Origin: Patescibacteria group bacterium
GTDB taxonomy: Bacteria; Patescibacteriota; Minisyncoccia; UBA6257; HR35
DNA: 32,000 nt
Direction: 5' to 3'
Assembly: GCA_023480925.1 (NCBI GenBank)
Contig: JAMCWY010000022.1
Location: 1-32,000 of the forward strand
Shown here piece after piece: positions 1 through 8,002 of this stretch; the first letter of the stretch is position 1, and each line of letters opens with the position of its first letter. The position numbers and the translations under genes were made by a program. A model generated the notes under the pieces. It had not been told where the DNA came from, searched no databases, and was given only the letters and a program-made list of their open reading frames with translations.

Positions 1-343
1 AGGCCCGATCCTGGGTCAGGTAGACTTTAAGCTCCGGGTAGTATAAGGCGACGCATTGAGCCACCTTCTCCTTGTCCGCCCAGCCGTAGCCGCAGATGAA
101 CTTCTTAACCGTGCTGGGCGCGTACCAGACACACCTGATCTTTTTCCGTTTGGCGATGGCTCTGATCTCGGAAACAAAGACATTCACCAGCGCAAGACGA
201 GAACGGTTAGGGGGAACGAAAACCTTCTCAACCGCCAAAAGGTCGGGCTTGAAGTCGTTGATCAGATGAAGGATGATCCGACGTCCATCCCGCAGGATAA
301 GGCGGGACGACTGATGACTCCTAATCTCCTTTACCGCGTGGTA
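1..343 (-). pseudogene. RuvC-like Holliday-junction resolvase remnant (lacks N-terminal catalytic segment; runs off window start)
   Basis: The minus-strand frame is open from 343 to the window edge. It reads ..SSRLILRDGRRIILHLINDFKPDLLAVEKVFVPPNRSRLALVNVFVSEIRAIAKRKKIRCVWYAPSTVKKFICGYGWADKEKVAQCVALYYPELKVYL.. This is colinear with the central and C-terminal RuvC pattern (RL..I...I..F.PD..A.E.VF ... Y.P..VK....G.G.A.K.QV). An in-frame TAG sits at 344-346, no ATG/GTG/TTG precedes the homologous part, and no GIDPG-type N-terminus appears in any upstream frame. Hand count gives ~54% G+C over 1-360. The listed + strand ORF 56-352 is its antisense shadow. Confidence 0.5.
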
Positions 344-494
344 CTACCATAAGGCTCCCTACGAGTTGAAGCGGCAATACCTGGGTCTGTTTTTCGATAA
401 GATACTGGTTGAAAACAAAAGGATTGTAAAGGTCTTGCCGACGCCGCTTGTTCAAAACCTAATATGGAAGCAAAAAGTTAGATTAAGGGGTCGG

Positions 495-583
495 TGGTGC
501 CCGGGGTGGGAGTCGAACCCACAAGGCCCGTTAGGACCAATAGATTTTGAGTCTATCGCGTCTGCCAATTCCGCCACCTGGGC
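495..583 (-). tRNA. tRNA-Leu (anticodon CAA), class II with long variable arm, CCA encoded
   Basis: The reverse complement reads GCCCAGGTGGCGGAATTGGCAGACGCGATAGACTCAAAATCTATTGGTCCTAACGGGCCTTGTGGGTTCGACTCCCACCCCGGGCACCA. It folds by hand into a cloverleaf. The acceptor stem is 7 bp with one A:C mismatch at 5:68. The D stem is GCG/CGC with a GG loop. The anticodon stem is ATAGA/TCTAT with loop CT-CAA-AA. The variable arm is 5 bp (GGTCC/GGGCC). The T arm is GTGGG-TTCGACT-CCCAC, followed by discriminator A and CCA. Confidence 0.93.
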
Positions 584-608
584 ATAAATAAATTCGTTTC
601 TCCTACTT

Positions 609-636
609 ATTTTACAAAAAATTTTTATTTTAACAA
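609..636 (-). promoter_or_regulatory. Candidate sigma70-type promoter for tRNA-Leu
   Basis: On the minus strand there is TTGTTA (636-631), a 16-nt spacer and TAAAAT (614-609). This lies about 25 nt upstream of the tRNA 5' end. Motif match only. Confidence 0.3.
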
Positions 637-773
637 ATCTGTGATAAAATTTTGACATTGGAAAGAAGATTAATGGTTAAATAATCGCTTCTCCAAGTCG
701 ATCTTATTATTATCTCGTCTCTTCTGTACTTCATCAACTTCCGAAGTCAATCAAGAGATAAAAATCAATCACG

Positions 774-1040
774 ATGACTGATAAAATTGACGAGATCAAA
801 GGCAAGTTAAAAAAACTGCTCTCGCTCTGGATCGAGCCAGAAAAAGTCGACCAATTAGAAATTGAAGCGAAAATTGACGAGAAGGGCGTTTTGATCGAGG
901 TCAACGGCCCCCAAGAAGTTCTAAGTTTAATCATCGGCAAGGGCGGTCAGACTGTTAACGCGGTCAGGACCATCCTTAAAAGCGTCGGCGGGTCAATCGG
1001 CGCGGCCATCTCATTGAAAGTTCAAACCAGAACTGTTTAA
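774..1040 (+). CDS. Small KH-domain RNA-binding protein (KhpA/UPF0109-like)
   Basis: The 88-aa ORF has a KH-type GxxG loop in context (LSLIIGKGGQTVNAVRTILKSV). Its size is typical of single-KH proteins, and a strong hairpin terminator follows. Confidence 0.7.
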   Translation: MTDKIDEIKGKLKKLLSLWIEPEKVDQLEIEAKIDEKGVLIEVNGPQEVLSLIIGKGGQTVNAVRTILKSVGGSIGAAISLKVQTRTV

Positions 1041-1058
1041 AAAATAAAAACCAATAGC

Positions 1059-1090
1059 AAAAAGGGGCAGCGAGTCTGCCTCTTTTTTTA
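1059..1090. terminator. Bidirectional rho-independent terminator
   Basis: The sequence is AAAAA-GGGGCAG-CGAGT-CTGCCTC-TTTTTTT, a GC-rich hairpin flanked by an A-run and a T-run. It sits between the convergent genes 774-1040 (+) and lysS (-). Confidence 0.75.
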
Positions 1091-1115
1091 TTAAAAAATT
1101 TTTTTCTTCGCGCTT

Positions 1116-2570
1116 CTAATCTTCGCGGATAAAGGGAAAATAAATGACTTTTTTGAGCGACGGCTGATTGGTTAAGATCATCGTCAATCGGTCAATGCCG
1201 ATACCCAAGCCGGCGGTCGGCGGCAAACCGTACTCAAGCGCCTCAATAAACGTCTGATCAAGAGGGTGGGCCTCCAAATTCCCTTGTTTTAACTCCAACG
1301 CTTCTTTTTTAAAACGTTCTTCTTGATCAACTGGATCGTTTAGTTCGGCGAAGGCGTTAACCACCTCTAAACCAGCGATTAAAAGCTGAAATCGGAGAGT
1401 TAAGTTTGGATTTTTGGGATCAAGTTTGGCCAAAGGCGAAAGATCAAGCGGTTGATTGATGATGAAAACCGGACCGATTAATTTTGGACGAACAACTTTT
1501 TTATAAATCTCGTCGACGATCTTGCCTTTATTGACGACCTTGGGATTAAGTTCAATTTCAAGTTTTTGAGCCAAACCAATAAAGTCGCCAATGGAATTTT
1601 TAAAGTAATCCAAACCGGTTTCTTTTTTGATTAACTCGACAAAATCCAAGCTTGGCCATTTTTTGTCGAAATCGATTTTTTTTGATTGAAATTCAATTTG
1701 AGCGGATTTCCGCCGATGAACCTTTTGATTAAATTGTAAAACAAGCTCTTTCAAAAATTCCTGAGTAAAGTTGATCAAGCCGGCGCGGTTTTGGTAAGCG
1801 TAATAAAGTTCCATCATCGTGAATTCGGGATTATGTTCACGGTCGACGCCCTCGTTTCGAAAAACCTTGCCGATCTCAAAAATTTTTTCAAAACCGCCGA
1901 CGATAAGTTTCTTCAGATAAATTTCCGGCGCGATCCGAAGATAAAGTGGTTGCCTCAAAGCTCTAAGAAATGTTTCAAAGGGCGAGGCCAAGGCACCGCC
2001 GTAATAATTTTGAAGAATTGGCGTCTCGACTTCAACAAAGTCTTTTTGCCATAAAATTTGGCGCGCCAGCCTGATGATCAAAAAACGCTGATCGAAAATC
2101 GCCTTCTCATCTTGATAAAAAATAGTTTTTAAGTAGGGTGACCGACTCAACAATTCTTCGTCCCGAACTTTATAATAATCTTTGGGGAAGTTTTTTAAAG
2201 TTTTGGCCGCCAATTGGAACTGACTGACCAAAAAACTTTTTTCTTTTGACTGGGGCAAAAAAGCCAAACCTTTGACGCTGATGAAATCACCCAGATCGAA
2301 AATTTCTCCAAGTTGAGAAAAGTTTTTTGTTTTAGTCTGATTAAAAACAAGTTGAATTTGGCCGGACTCGTCTTTTAGGTTGGCAAAAATTATTTGACCG
2401 TGGTCTCGCCAAGACATCAATCGACCGGCCAAAATTATTTTTTTCTTATTTTTTAAGAATTGGTTGAATTTTTCAACGAACGCGGCCACGGCCAAATCGC
2501 GTCCAACCGTTTCCGGATAAGGATTAATTTTAAGGTCTTTAACCGCCTTAATTTTGTCTTTTCTTGTCAT
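1116..2570 (-). CDS. lysS: Lysine--tRNA ligase, class II
   Basis: The 484-aa ORF has an N-terminal OB anticodon-binding region. Class II motifs are present, including FRNEG (KVFRNEGVDREHNPEFTMME) and the C-terminal GLPPTAGLGIGIDRLTMILT..IYFP. Confidence 0.95.
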   Translation of the reverse strand: MTRKDKIKAVKDLKINPYPETVGRDLAVAAFVEKFNQFLKNKKKIILAGRLMSWRDHGQIIFANLKDESGQIQLVFNQTKTKNFSQLGEIFDLGDFISVKGLAFLPQSKEKSFLVSQFQLAAKTLKNFPKDYYKVRDEELLSRSPYLKTIFYQDEKAIFDQRFLIIRLARQILWQKDFVEVETPILQNYYGGALASPFETFLRALRQPLYLRIAPEIYLKKLIVGGFEKIFEIGKVFRNEGVDREHNPEFTMMELYYAYQNRAGLINFTQEFLKELVLQFNQKVHRRKSAQIEFQSKKIDFDKKWPSLDFVELIKKETGLDYFKNSIGDFIGLAQKLEIELNPKVVNKGKIVDEIYKKVVRPKLIGPVFIINQPLDLSPLAKLDPKNPNLTLRFQLLIAGLEVVNAFAELNDPVDQEERFKKEALELKQGNLEAHPLDQTFIEALEYGLPPTAGLGIGIDRLTMILTNQPSLKKVIYFPFIRED

Positions 2571-2579
2571 GATTGATTT

Positions 2580-3860
2580 TTAGAAAGCGCCGGCGGAATT
2601 ACCGCTACTACTGCCGCCAAGCTGGTTGGCGACCTGCTGATAGATCGGAACGATAACGGAAAGAGCGACCAGGGCAACAATTAAACCGACGAAGATTAAT
2701 AGAGCCGGCTCGACCAAGTTGGTCAAATTTTTCGCCATTGTTTTAGACTCGTCGTCATAATACTGATCGAGAATTTCAAGAATCTCGACGAGGTTGCCGG
2801 TTTTAGAGGCAATCGCGATAATGCCGGCAAAACTTTTTGGGAAGATGGTTTTTTTTAACATCGCATCGCCAAAATCAACGCCCTGACTAATTTCTTGACG
2901 GATTTCAAACGTTGCTTTTTTTAAGGCTGGGTGAGTGAGCGAATTGGAGAGCAGATCGAGGGCGGTTGAAAGCGAGACACCGGAATTCAAAAGCGAAGCG
3001 AGAAAAAAACTAAATGTTCTTAAATCAAAAAGCAAGATCATTTTTTTTAATATCGGCGTCCGAACGACGATATTGATGGCGGTCCGGCGACCGACTCGAG
3101 TCGAAAAAAACGCGGTTAAACTCAAAAGGGTAAAAATAACGATCGAGATGATAACGCGGACATGCTTGCCGATAAACAAACCGACCGTGATAAAAATTTT
3201 CGAGGCGAGCGGAACATTACCTTGAAACTGACTGACCAACAAAGCGATCTTGGGCAAGACAAAAGTCGCCATCAACAAAACCACGCCAAAGGCGCCAACC
3301 AAAATAATGGCGGGATAAATTAGGGCTGAAGTTATCTCGGACCGAGCGATTTTTGATCGTTCCAAATCGGACGCCCATTTTTCAAAAACTTTGGCCAAAT
3401 TGCCGGAATATTCGCCGACGCGAACAATCTCGATCTCCATCGGCGAAAAATAATTCGGGAACAGAGCAAAGGCTTCGTAAATCGAAGCGCCTTTTTCCAG
3501 ATGTAAATTTAGATAAACGAGAAAGTTTTTGAGCGCATGCGAGTTTGTATCTTGCATCAAAATCGTCACGCCGTCTTTAAAGTTCATACCTGACTTGAAA
3601 ACAACAAAAAGATTCCGAACCAAAAAAATTTTGTCTTTAATCGACAATCGACCGAAAAAATCGTTGATTAAATAAAACGGAAAAAGCCGCCTGGTTTTGG
3701 CAATTTTGATCGGCGTCCAACGCAACATCAAAAGGTAGCTCAAGACCTCATCTTCGGACTGAGCCAAGACCGAACCCTTTTGAGATTTACCTTCTTGGCT
3801 AACCGCTGAAAATTTATATGAATCCATAATTTTTAAATTCACGCTTTGCCAGAATTTCAA
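2580..3860 (-). CDS. pilC: Type IV pilus / T2SS platform protein, GspF/PilC family
   Basis: The 426-aa ORF has two repeated GspF-type halves, each with cytoplasmic helices followed by TM segments. It lies immediately downstream of the PilB ATPase (3-nt gap). Confidence 0.9.
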   Translation of the reverse strand: MKFWQSVNLKIMDSYKFSAVSQEGKSQKGSVLAQSEDEVLSYLLMLRWTPIKIAKTRRLFPFYLINDFFGRLSIKDKIFLVRNLFVVFKSGMNFKDGVTILMQDTNSHALKNFLVYLNLHLEKGASIYEAFALFPNYFSPMEIEIVRVGEYSGNLAKVFEKWASDLERSKIARSEITSALIYPAIILVGAFGVVLLMATFVLPKIALLVSQFQGNVPLASKIFITVGLFIGKHVRVIISIVIFTLLSLTAFFSTRVGRRTAINIVVRTPILKKMILLFDLRTFSFFLASLLNSGVSLSTALDLLSNSLTHPALKKATFEIRQEISQGVDFGDAMLKKTIFPKSFAGIIAIASKTGNLVEILEILDQYYDDESKTMAKNLTNLVEPALLIFVGLIVALVALSVIVPIYQQVANQLGGSSSGNSAGAF

Positions 3861-3863
3861 ATT

Positions 3864-5570
3864 TTACTCTCGAATCACCCGCATGACCTCTTCGAGTGTT
3901 GTCTGGCCGGTAAAAATTTTATTCAAGCCATCCTCAAACATCGTCTTGAATCCCCCTTTTTTAAGCATCTCCCGAAACTCAACTAGGTGAAAATTTTTTT
4001 GGGAAATATAATCCTTAGCCTCCTCGTCGACCTTAAGCGTTTCAAAAATACCGATCCGACCACGATAGCCAGAAGACGAACAAATCACACAACCCTTGCC
4101 TCGATAAACGAATTCGGGCAGACCGATATTTTTAATTTCTGTTTCAGTCAAATTTAAATTTTTCAACTGGGCCTTAATCATTTCTTTTTGAGTAATCGAG
4201 ATCTTTTCCGAAATAATACAATCAAGACAAATCTTTCGGACCAAGCGCTGGGCAAGAATGATGTCAATCGTGGCGGCGATGAGGTAATTTGGCACGCCCA
4301 AATCGATTAACCGCGGAATTGAAGACGGCGCGTCGTTGGTGTGAAGGGTGGAAAGAAGGAGATGCCCAGTAAGAGCGGCCTGGATGGCAATGTCGGCAGT
4401 TTCAAAATCGCGAATCTCGCCAACCATAATCACGTTTGGATCTTGGCGCAAAAACGATCTAAGGCCGTTGGCAAAATCAAAACCGATCTTTTGGTTGACT
4501 TGGCTTTGGTTAATGTAAGCCAACTCGTACTCAATTGGATCTTCGATCGTGACGATATTAACCTCGGGCCGATTTAAAAGTTGAAGAACTGTGTAAAGAG
4601 TCGTTGTCTTACCCGAGCCGGTTGGACCAGTCGACAAAATTAAACCATAAGCTTTATTTAATGATTCTTTAATAGCAACCTCGTTCGCTTGAGGCATACC
4701 CAACTCCTCAAACGAAGATGGTTTGAAATTTGCGGCCAAGAGCCTCATCGCGACCTTTTCACCGTAAAGTGTTGGCATAATTGAAACACGGATGTCAAAA
4801 GGAAAGTTACTGACAACAGTTTTAAAACGACCATCTTGGGGCTTGAAGTGTTCGTCCAGTTGGAGATTGCTTAAAATTTTAACCCGGGCGACAAGAGGCA
4901 GATGAAGTTCCTTAGGTAAACGCATAATTTCTCGCAGGACCCCGTCGACCCGGAATCGAATCAGCGAGAACGTTTCCGTAATTTCAAGATGAATATCCGA
5001 AGCGTTCATACCCATAGCGTAGCCAAGAAGATTATCGATTATCTGAATAGCGGAAAGTTCTGTCTTTTCGTTCGTGAGTGTGGCTAAGTCTATTTCCGAA
5101 AGTTGTTTTTTAATTAATTCGTTATACTTTTCTCGATAAAGTTTCTGATAGCCGGTTAAGGCGTAACGAAAATCTTCCTCGAGCGTCAAGTAAGGTTCGA
5201 TTTTTAAACCGGTCAGGTTGCCAACCAAACTGACCGTTTCGAGATCTTGAGGATAGACCATCGCCAGTTTTAAAACTTGATCCTTGAGTTCAATCGGTAA
5301 AATTTCTTTTTCACTAGCGACATTCTCCGGGATCAATCGCAAAACCGAAGCTGGAATATCAATTTTTCTCAGATCCACAAGCGGCACTTTTAAATAATCG
5401 CTTAAAAGTTGCGCGAAATAATTTTTATCCAACAAACGTCGGCCAAAAAGAATATCCAAAGGAGTCAAATTGAGTTGCTGCGCCTCTTGGAGGATGTCGT
5501 GCCAGGTCGATTTGTCCACAACCTGATTTTTGAACAAAATTTCTTCAACTTGTTTCTCGGGAATGTTCAT
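3864..5570 (-). CDS. pilB: Type IV pilus assembly ATPase, GspE/PilB family
   Basis: The 568-aa ORF has a GspE N-terminal domain and Walker A GPTGSGKTTTLY. Asp/His box context is present (VGEIRD, LTGHLLLSTLHTN). A tetracysteine motif is present (CLDC ... GCVICSSSGYRGRIG). Confidence 0.92.
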   Translation of the reverse strand: MNIPEKQVEEILFKNQVVDKSTWHDILQEAQQLNLTPLDILFGRRLLDKNYFAQLLSDYLKVPLVDLRKIDIPASVLRLIPENVASEKEILPIELKDQVLKLAMVYPQDLETVSLVGNLTGLKIEPYLTLEEDFRYALTGYQKLYREKYNELIKKQLSEIDLATLTNEKTELSAIQIIDNLLGYAMGMNASDIHLEITETFSLIRFRVDGVLREIMRLPKELHLPLVARVKILSNLQLDEHFKPQDGRFKTVVSNFPFDIRVSIMPTLYGEKVAMRLLAANFKPSSFEELGMPQANEVAIKESLNKAYGLILSTGPTGSGKTTTLYTVLQLLNRPEVNIVTIEDPIEYELAYINQSQVNQKIGFDFANGLRSFLRQDPNVIMVGEIRDFETADIAIQAALTGHLLLSTLHTNDAPSSIPRLIDLGVPNYLIAATIDIILAQRLVRKICLDCIISEKISITQKEMIKAQLKNLNLTETEIKNIGLPEFVYRGKGCVICSSSGYRGRIGIFETLKVDEEAKDYISQKNFHLVEFREMLKKGGFKTMFEDGLNKIFTGQTTLEEVMRVIRE

Positions 5571-6274
5571 GGTTTAATCCGGGCAAACCAGTAAAACTGG
5601 TTTAGATAAAAATTAAGCGGGATGAAAATCAAAATTAGACCTAACCAAAAATTTCTTAAGCTGACCCGCTCGAAACCCGATCGCCTTTTGTTAATTATAG
5701 ACCAAAATTGGACAACAACCAACAAGATCAAACCAAAAATAAAAAAACCGAGATTAAGAGGAAAGTCGATCAAAAGACCGGCGAAAAAAAGAAAATAAAA
5801 CTCTTCGCGATAAAAAAACCGACCTCGAAAAAGCTTGGTTAGAAGCCCCATTAAAAAAATAATCAGCCCGGCGCCGATTAAACGCCAAAGCGGAATTTTT
5901 ATAAAATGCTGGTAGCTGTAACCGAGATAAAATTTGCCCAAATCTTTATAGGGCGGCAAAGAATAACGCATAAACGAATCAAGCTGCCATTCGCGATACT
6001 GGAAAAAAGACAGACTAGTTGAATAAAAAATAAAAAAGGCTAAAATTATAAAAATAGCCAGGCGATAAGACCGAAAAGGCCAGACGCCGCCGTAAGCGCC
6101 CGTTTTTTTAAAAATCAGATCAAGGCCAAATAAAAACAAAGCAATTAAAAAACTAACGAGATAAAAAAAATTACTTATGACAAAAGTTAAAAAATTCGAC
6201 ATCGGCGCGGTTAGTTTTTGGTTGATTGAAAAACCAGATAATAATATTTTAACCGAGATTAAAACGATTATCAA
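5567..6274 (-). CDS. Polytopic membrane protein of unknown function, translationally coupled to pilB
   Basis: The ORF (235 aa as listed) has about 6-7 hydrophobic helices. Its stop overlaps the pilB start (ATGA at 5567-5570). The true start may be the Met at 6202 (MSNFLTFVISNFF..). No prepilin-peptidase Asp motifs are seen. Confidence 0.55.
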   Translation of the reverse strand: MIIVLISVKILLSGFSINQKLTAPMSNFLTFVISNFFYLVSFLIALFLFGLDLIFKKTGAYGGVWPFRSYRLAIFIILAFFIFYSTSLSFFQYREWQLDSFMRYSLPPYKDLGKFYLGYSYQHFIKIPLWRLIGAGLIIFLMGLLTKLFRGRFFYREEFYFLFFAGLLIDFPLNLGFFIFGLILLVVVQFWSIINKRRSGFERVSLRNFWLGLILIFIPLNFYLNQFYWFARIKP

Positions 6275-7091
6275 TTTAAATCAGTCAACCTTGACCGAGT
6301 TGGCCGAACCATCGAACCAACCCAAGAGCGAAGAGTATCAAGATTATTTTTACTTTATTCTTCATCTACCCATTTGGCAAAAATTGGAAAAGAAAAATAA
6401 AAACGTCGAGATTGATTTGATCTACGCGGAAAATTTTTTGGCTTGCGTCAGCTATGAAGAAACTCTACCATTGGTCGAATTCGAGCAAGAACTTGAAAAT
6501 AATACTTATTTCCGCGACAATCTTATCGTGGCCAATGATAGCTTTTTTGTTTTTTACGAACTGCTCCGATTCGTATTCAAATTTCTCTCGCGCCAACTCC
6601 ATCATCTTCAAAAGAAGGTTGACCAGGTCGAAGACAAAATTTTTACTTTCGATCTCAAGCTCCTCGGCGACTTTCGTGAAATCAAAATGGATGTCCTTGA
6701 TTTTATTAAGATCATTCAGCAAAATCAGCGGGGGTTGATTGATCTTGACCAGTATAAAATCTTCGCCCAAGTCGACCGTTACCTTTTTAAAAAACTCGAG
6801 TCTGATTATTTAAAAATCATGGACCAACTTATTTTTTTTCAAACGGCGACCAACTCGCTTGAAGCCTCCCAGCTTAACTTTCTCAACCTTCAGTTCACTA
6901 AAATTGTCAGAACCTTCACGACCTTAGCCTTCATTACTTTTCCCTTGATGCTCTTGGTCGGATTAGTCGGACTGGGTTATGATTCCAACCCGCTCTTCCG
7001 CCTCGGCCAATCGTTTTGGTTGGTGTTGGGCTTAACTTTGACCGCCGCTATTTTGATGATTATTTACTTTAAAAACAAAAAATGGCTTTAA
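6177..7091 (+). CDS. CorA-superfamily divalent cation channel-like protein with GMN motif replaced by GLG
   Basis: The 304-aa ORF has a C-terminal 64 aa (TKIVRTFTTLAFITFPLMLLVGLVGLGYDSNPLF..IIYFKNKKWL). This aligns without gaps to the CorA TM1-loop-TM2 tail as I recall it (..[15 protein letters not shown]...YFKKKKWL). Size and N-terminal soluble domain also fit CorA. Confidence 0.75.
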   Translation: MTKVKKFDIGAVSFWLIEKPDNNILTEIKTIINLNQSTLTELAEPSNQPKSEEYQDYFYFILHLPIWQKLEKKNKNVEIDLIYAENFLACVSYEETLPLVEFEQELENNTYFRDNLIVANDSFFVFYELLRFVFKFLSRQLHHLQKKVDQVEDKIFTFDLKLLGDFREIKMDVLDFIKIIQQNQRGLIDLDQYKIFAQVDRYLFKKLESDYLKIMDQLIFFQTATNSLEASQLNFLNLQFTKIVRTFTTLAFITFPLMLLVGLVGLGYDSNPLFRLGQSFWLVLGLTLTAAILMIIYFKNKKWL

Positions 7092-7630
7092 AAAAAACAC
7101 GACGGCGATTGTCAAAAATAAGAAATTTTTTCAATCAAAGCGCTGGCCCTTCAGCCGGCTTTACTTTAGTTGAAATTATTATCGTCATGGCTTTGGTCGT
7201 GATGGTTGCCATAATCGCCACGGCCTTGGTCAATTTTTCCAGTCGCGGCCTCTTGCTTAGATCCGAATCGGAAAAAATTCAAAAAACAATCGAGACGGCC
7301 AGAGAAAGAGCCGACCTCAGCATTAATGGTTTAGGCTGGGGCGTTTATTTTCTTAACACCAGCACCGAGCAATCTTACTCAATTTTCTCCGGCTCGAACT
7401 TTGCCTCAGCCAGCACGACCGTTAAAACCTTATTACCAAACACCGTCATCTTTATCGTCCCCACAACCTCATCCTCGACCGAAATCGATTTCGCCAAATT
7501 CACCGATCAGATCAGCCTCAACGGCACCAACCTCAACACCACAACCGCCATCATTATTAGTTCAGCCGATGGCGCGACTAGGGCGACGATCTCAATTAAC
7601 CCCCTGGGCCAAACTTCGATTAGTTATTAG
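7082..7630 (+). CDS. Prepilin-type N-terminal cleavage/methylation domain protein (type IV pilin or pseudopilin)
   Basis: The 182-aa ORF has a class III signal: ..SAG|FTLVEIIIVMALVVMVAIIATALV, with Glu at +5 and a hydrophobic helix. The C-terminal half is Ser/Thr-rich. Its start overlaps the CorA-like stop by 10 nt. Confidence 0.8.
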   Translation: MALKKTRRRLSKIRNFFNQSAGPSAGFTLVEIIIVMALVVMVAIIATALVNFSSRGLLLRSESEKIQKTIETARERADLSINGLGWGVYFLNTSTEQSYSIFSGSNFASASTTVKTLLPNTVIFIVPTTSSSTEIDFAKFTDQISLNGTNLNTTTAIIISSADGATRATISINPLGQTSISY

Positions 7631-7727
7631 ACTTGGCCAATTTAATCCTTCGTCTCGATTGTTTGTTTTTTTAAAACCGCCGATTAAATTTCGAATCAAC
7701 GTCGGTTTGTGTTAGAATTAAAAAGAA

Positions 7728-7958
7728 ATGAGACGCGTTATAATTTATTCAACCAGTCACTGCCCTTACTGCCAACTGGCTAAAGAATTTTTAACCAAAA
7801 AAGGCGTTGCTTTCGAAGAAAAAAACGTTGAAACCGACCTAAACAGCCGGAATGAATTAATTCAAAAAAGCGGTCAGTTGGCCGTTCCGGTCATAGAGAT
7901 CGACGGAAAACTTATAATCGGTTTTTCCGCCGATGAGATTGAAAAAGCTTTGGACTAA
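7728..7958 (+). CDS. Glutaredoxin-like small redoxin (YruB/NrdH-like)
   Basis: The 76-aa ORF has a CPYC active site at residues 12-15 and a thioredoxin-fold pattern (..VPVIEIDGKLIIGF..). It lies directly upstream of trxB. Confidence 0.85.
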   Translation: MRRVIIYSTSHCPYCQLAKEFLTKKGVAFEEKNVETDLNSRNELIQKSGQLAVPVIEIDGKLIIGFSADEIEKALD

Positions 7959-8002
7959 GTTTGGAATTGAAAATTAAATTGTTTTTTTTATAAAACCCCT
8001 CG

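Noticed and set aside
56-352. 98-aa + strand ORF in the GC-rich left end
   Set aside because: It is antisense to the frame that shows clear RuvC-family colinearity. High-GC DNA tends to produce long open antisense frames, and the product has no recognisable features.
366-658. ORFs 366-587 (+) and 452-658 (-) from the ORF track
   Set aside because: Both run through the tRNA-Leu gene (495-583). Their translations are simply the tRNA sequence read as protein, so I treat them as spurious.
652-690. TTGACA at 652-657 as the -35 of a + strand promoter for the KH-domain gene
   Set aside because: No acceptable -10 hexamer lies at 16-19 nt spacing. The nearest TAAATA is at 20 nt, which is too weak to report as a feature.
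5567-6274. Possibility that the membrane protein upstream of pilB is the prepilin peptidase PilD
   Set aside because: I could not find the two conserved Asp-containing motifs (the GxGD-type second motif) or the Cys-rich N-terminal region. The helix pattern also does not look like the A24 peptidase family.
7401-7715. 104-aa Pro-rich ORF overlapping the 3' half of the pilin gene
   Set aside because: It is an alternative frame of the Ser/Thr-rich pilin C-terminus (ACC/TCA-rich codons read as Pro/Ser/His) and is best explained as a frame shadow.
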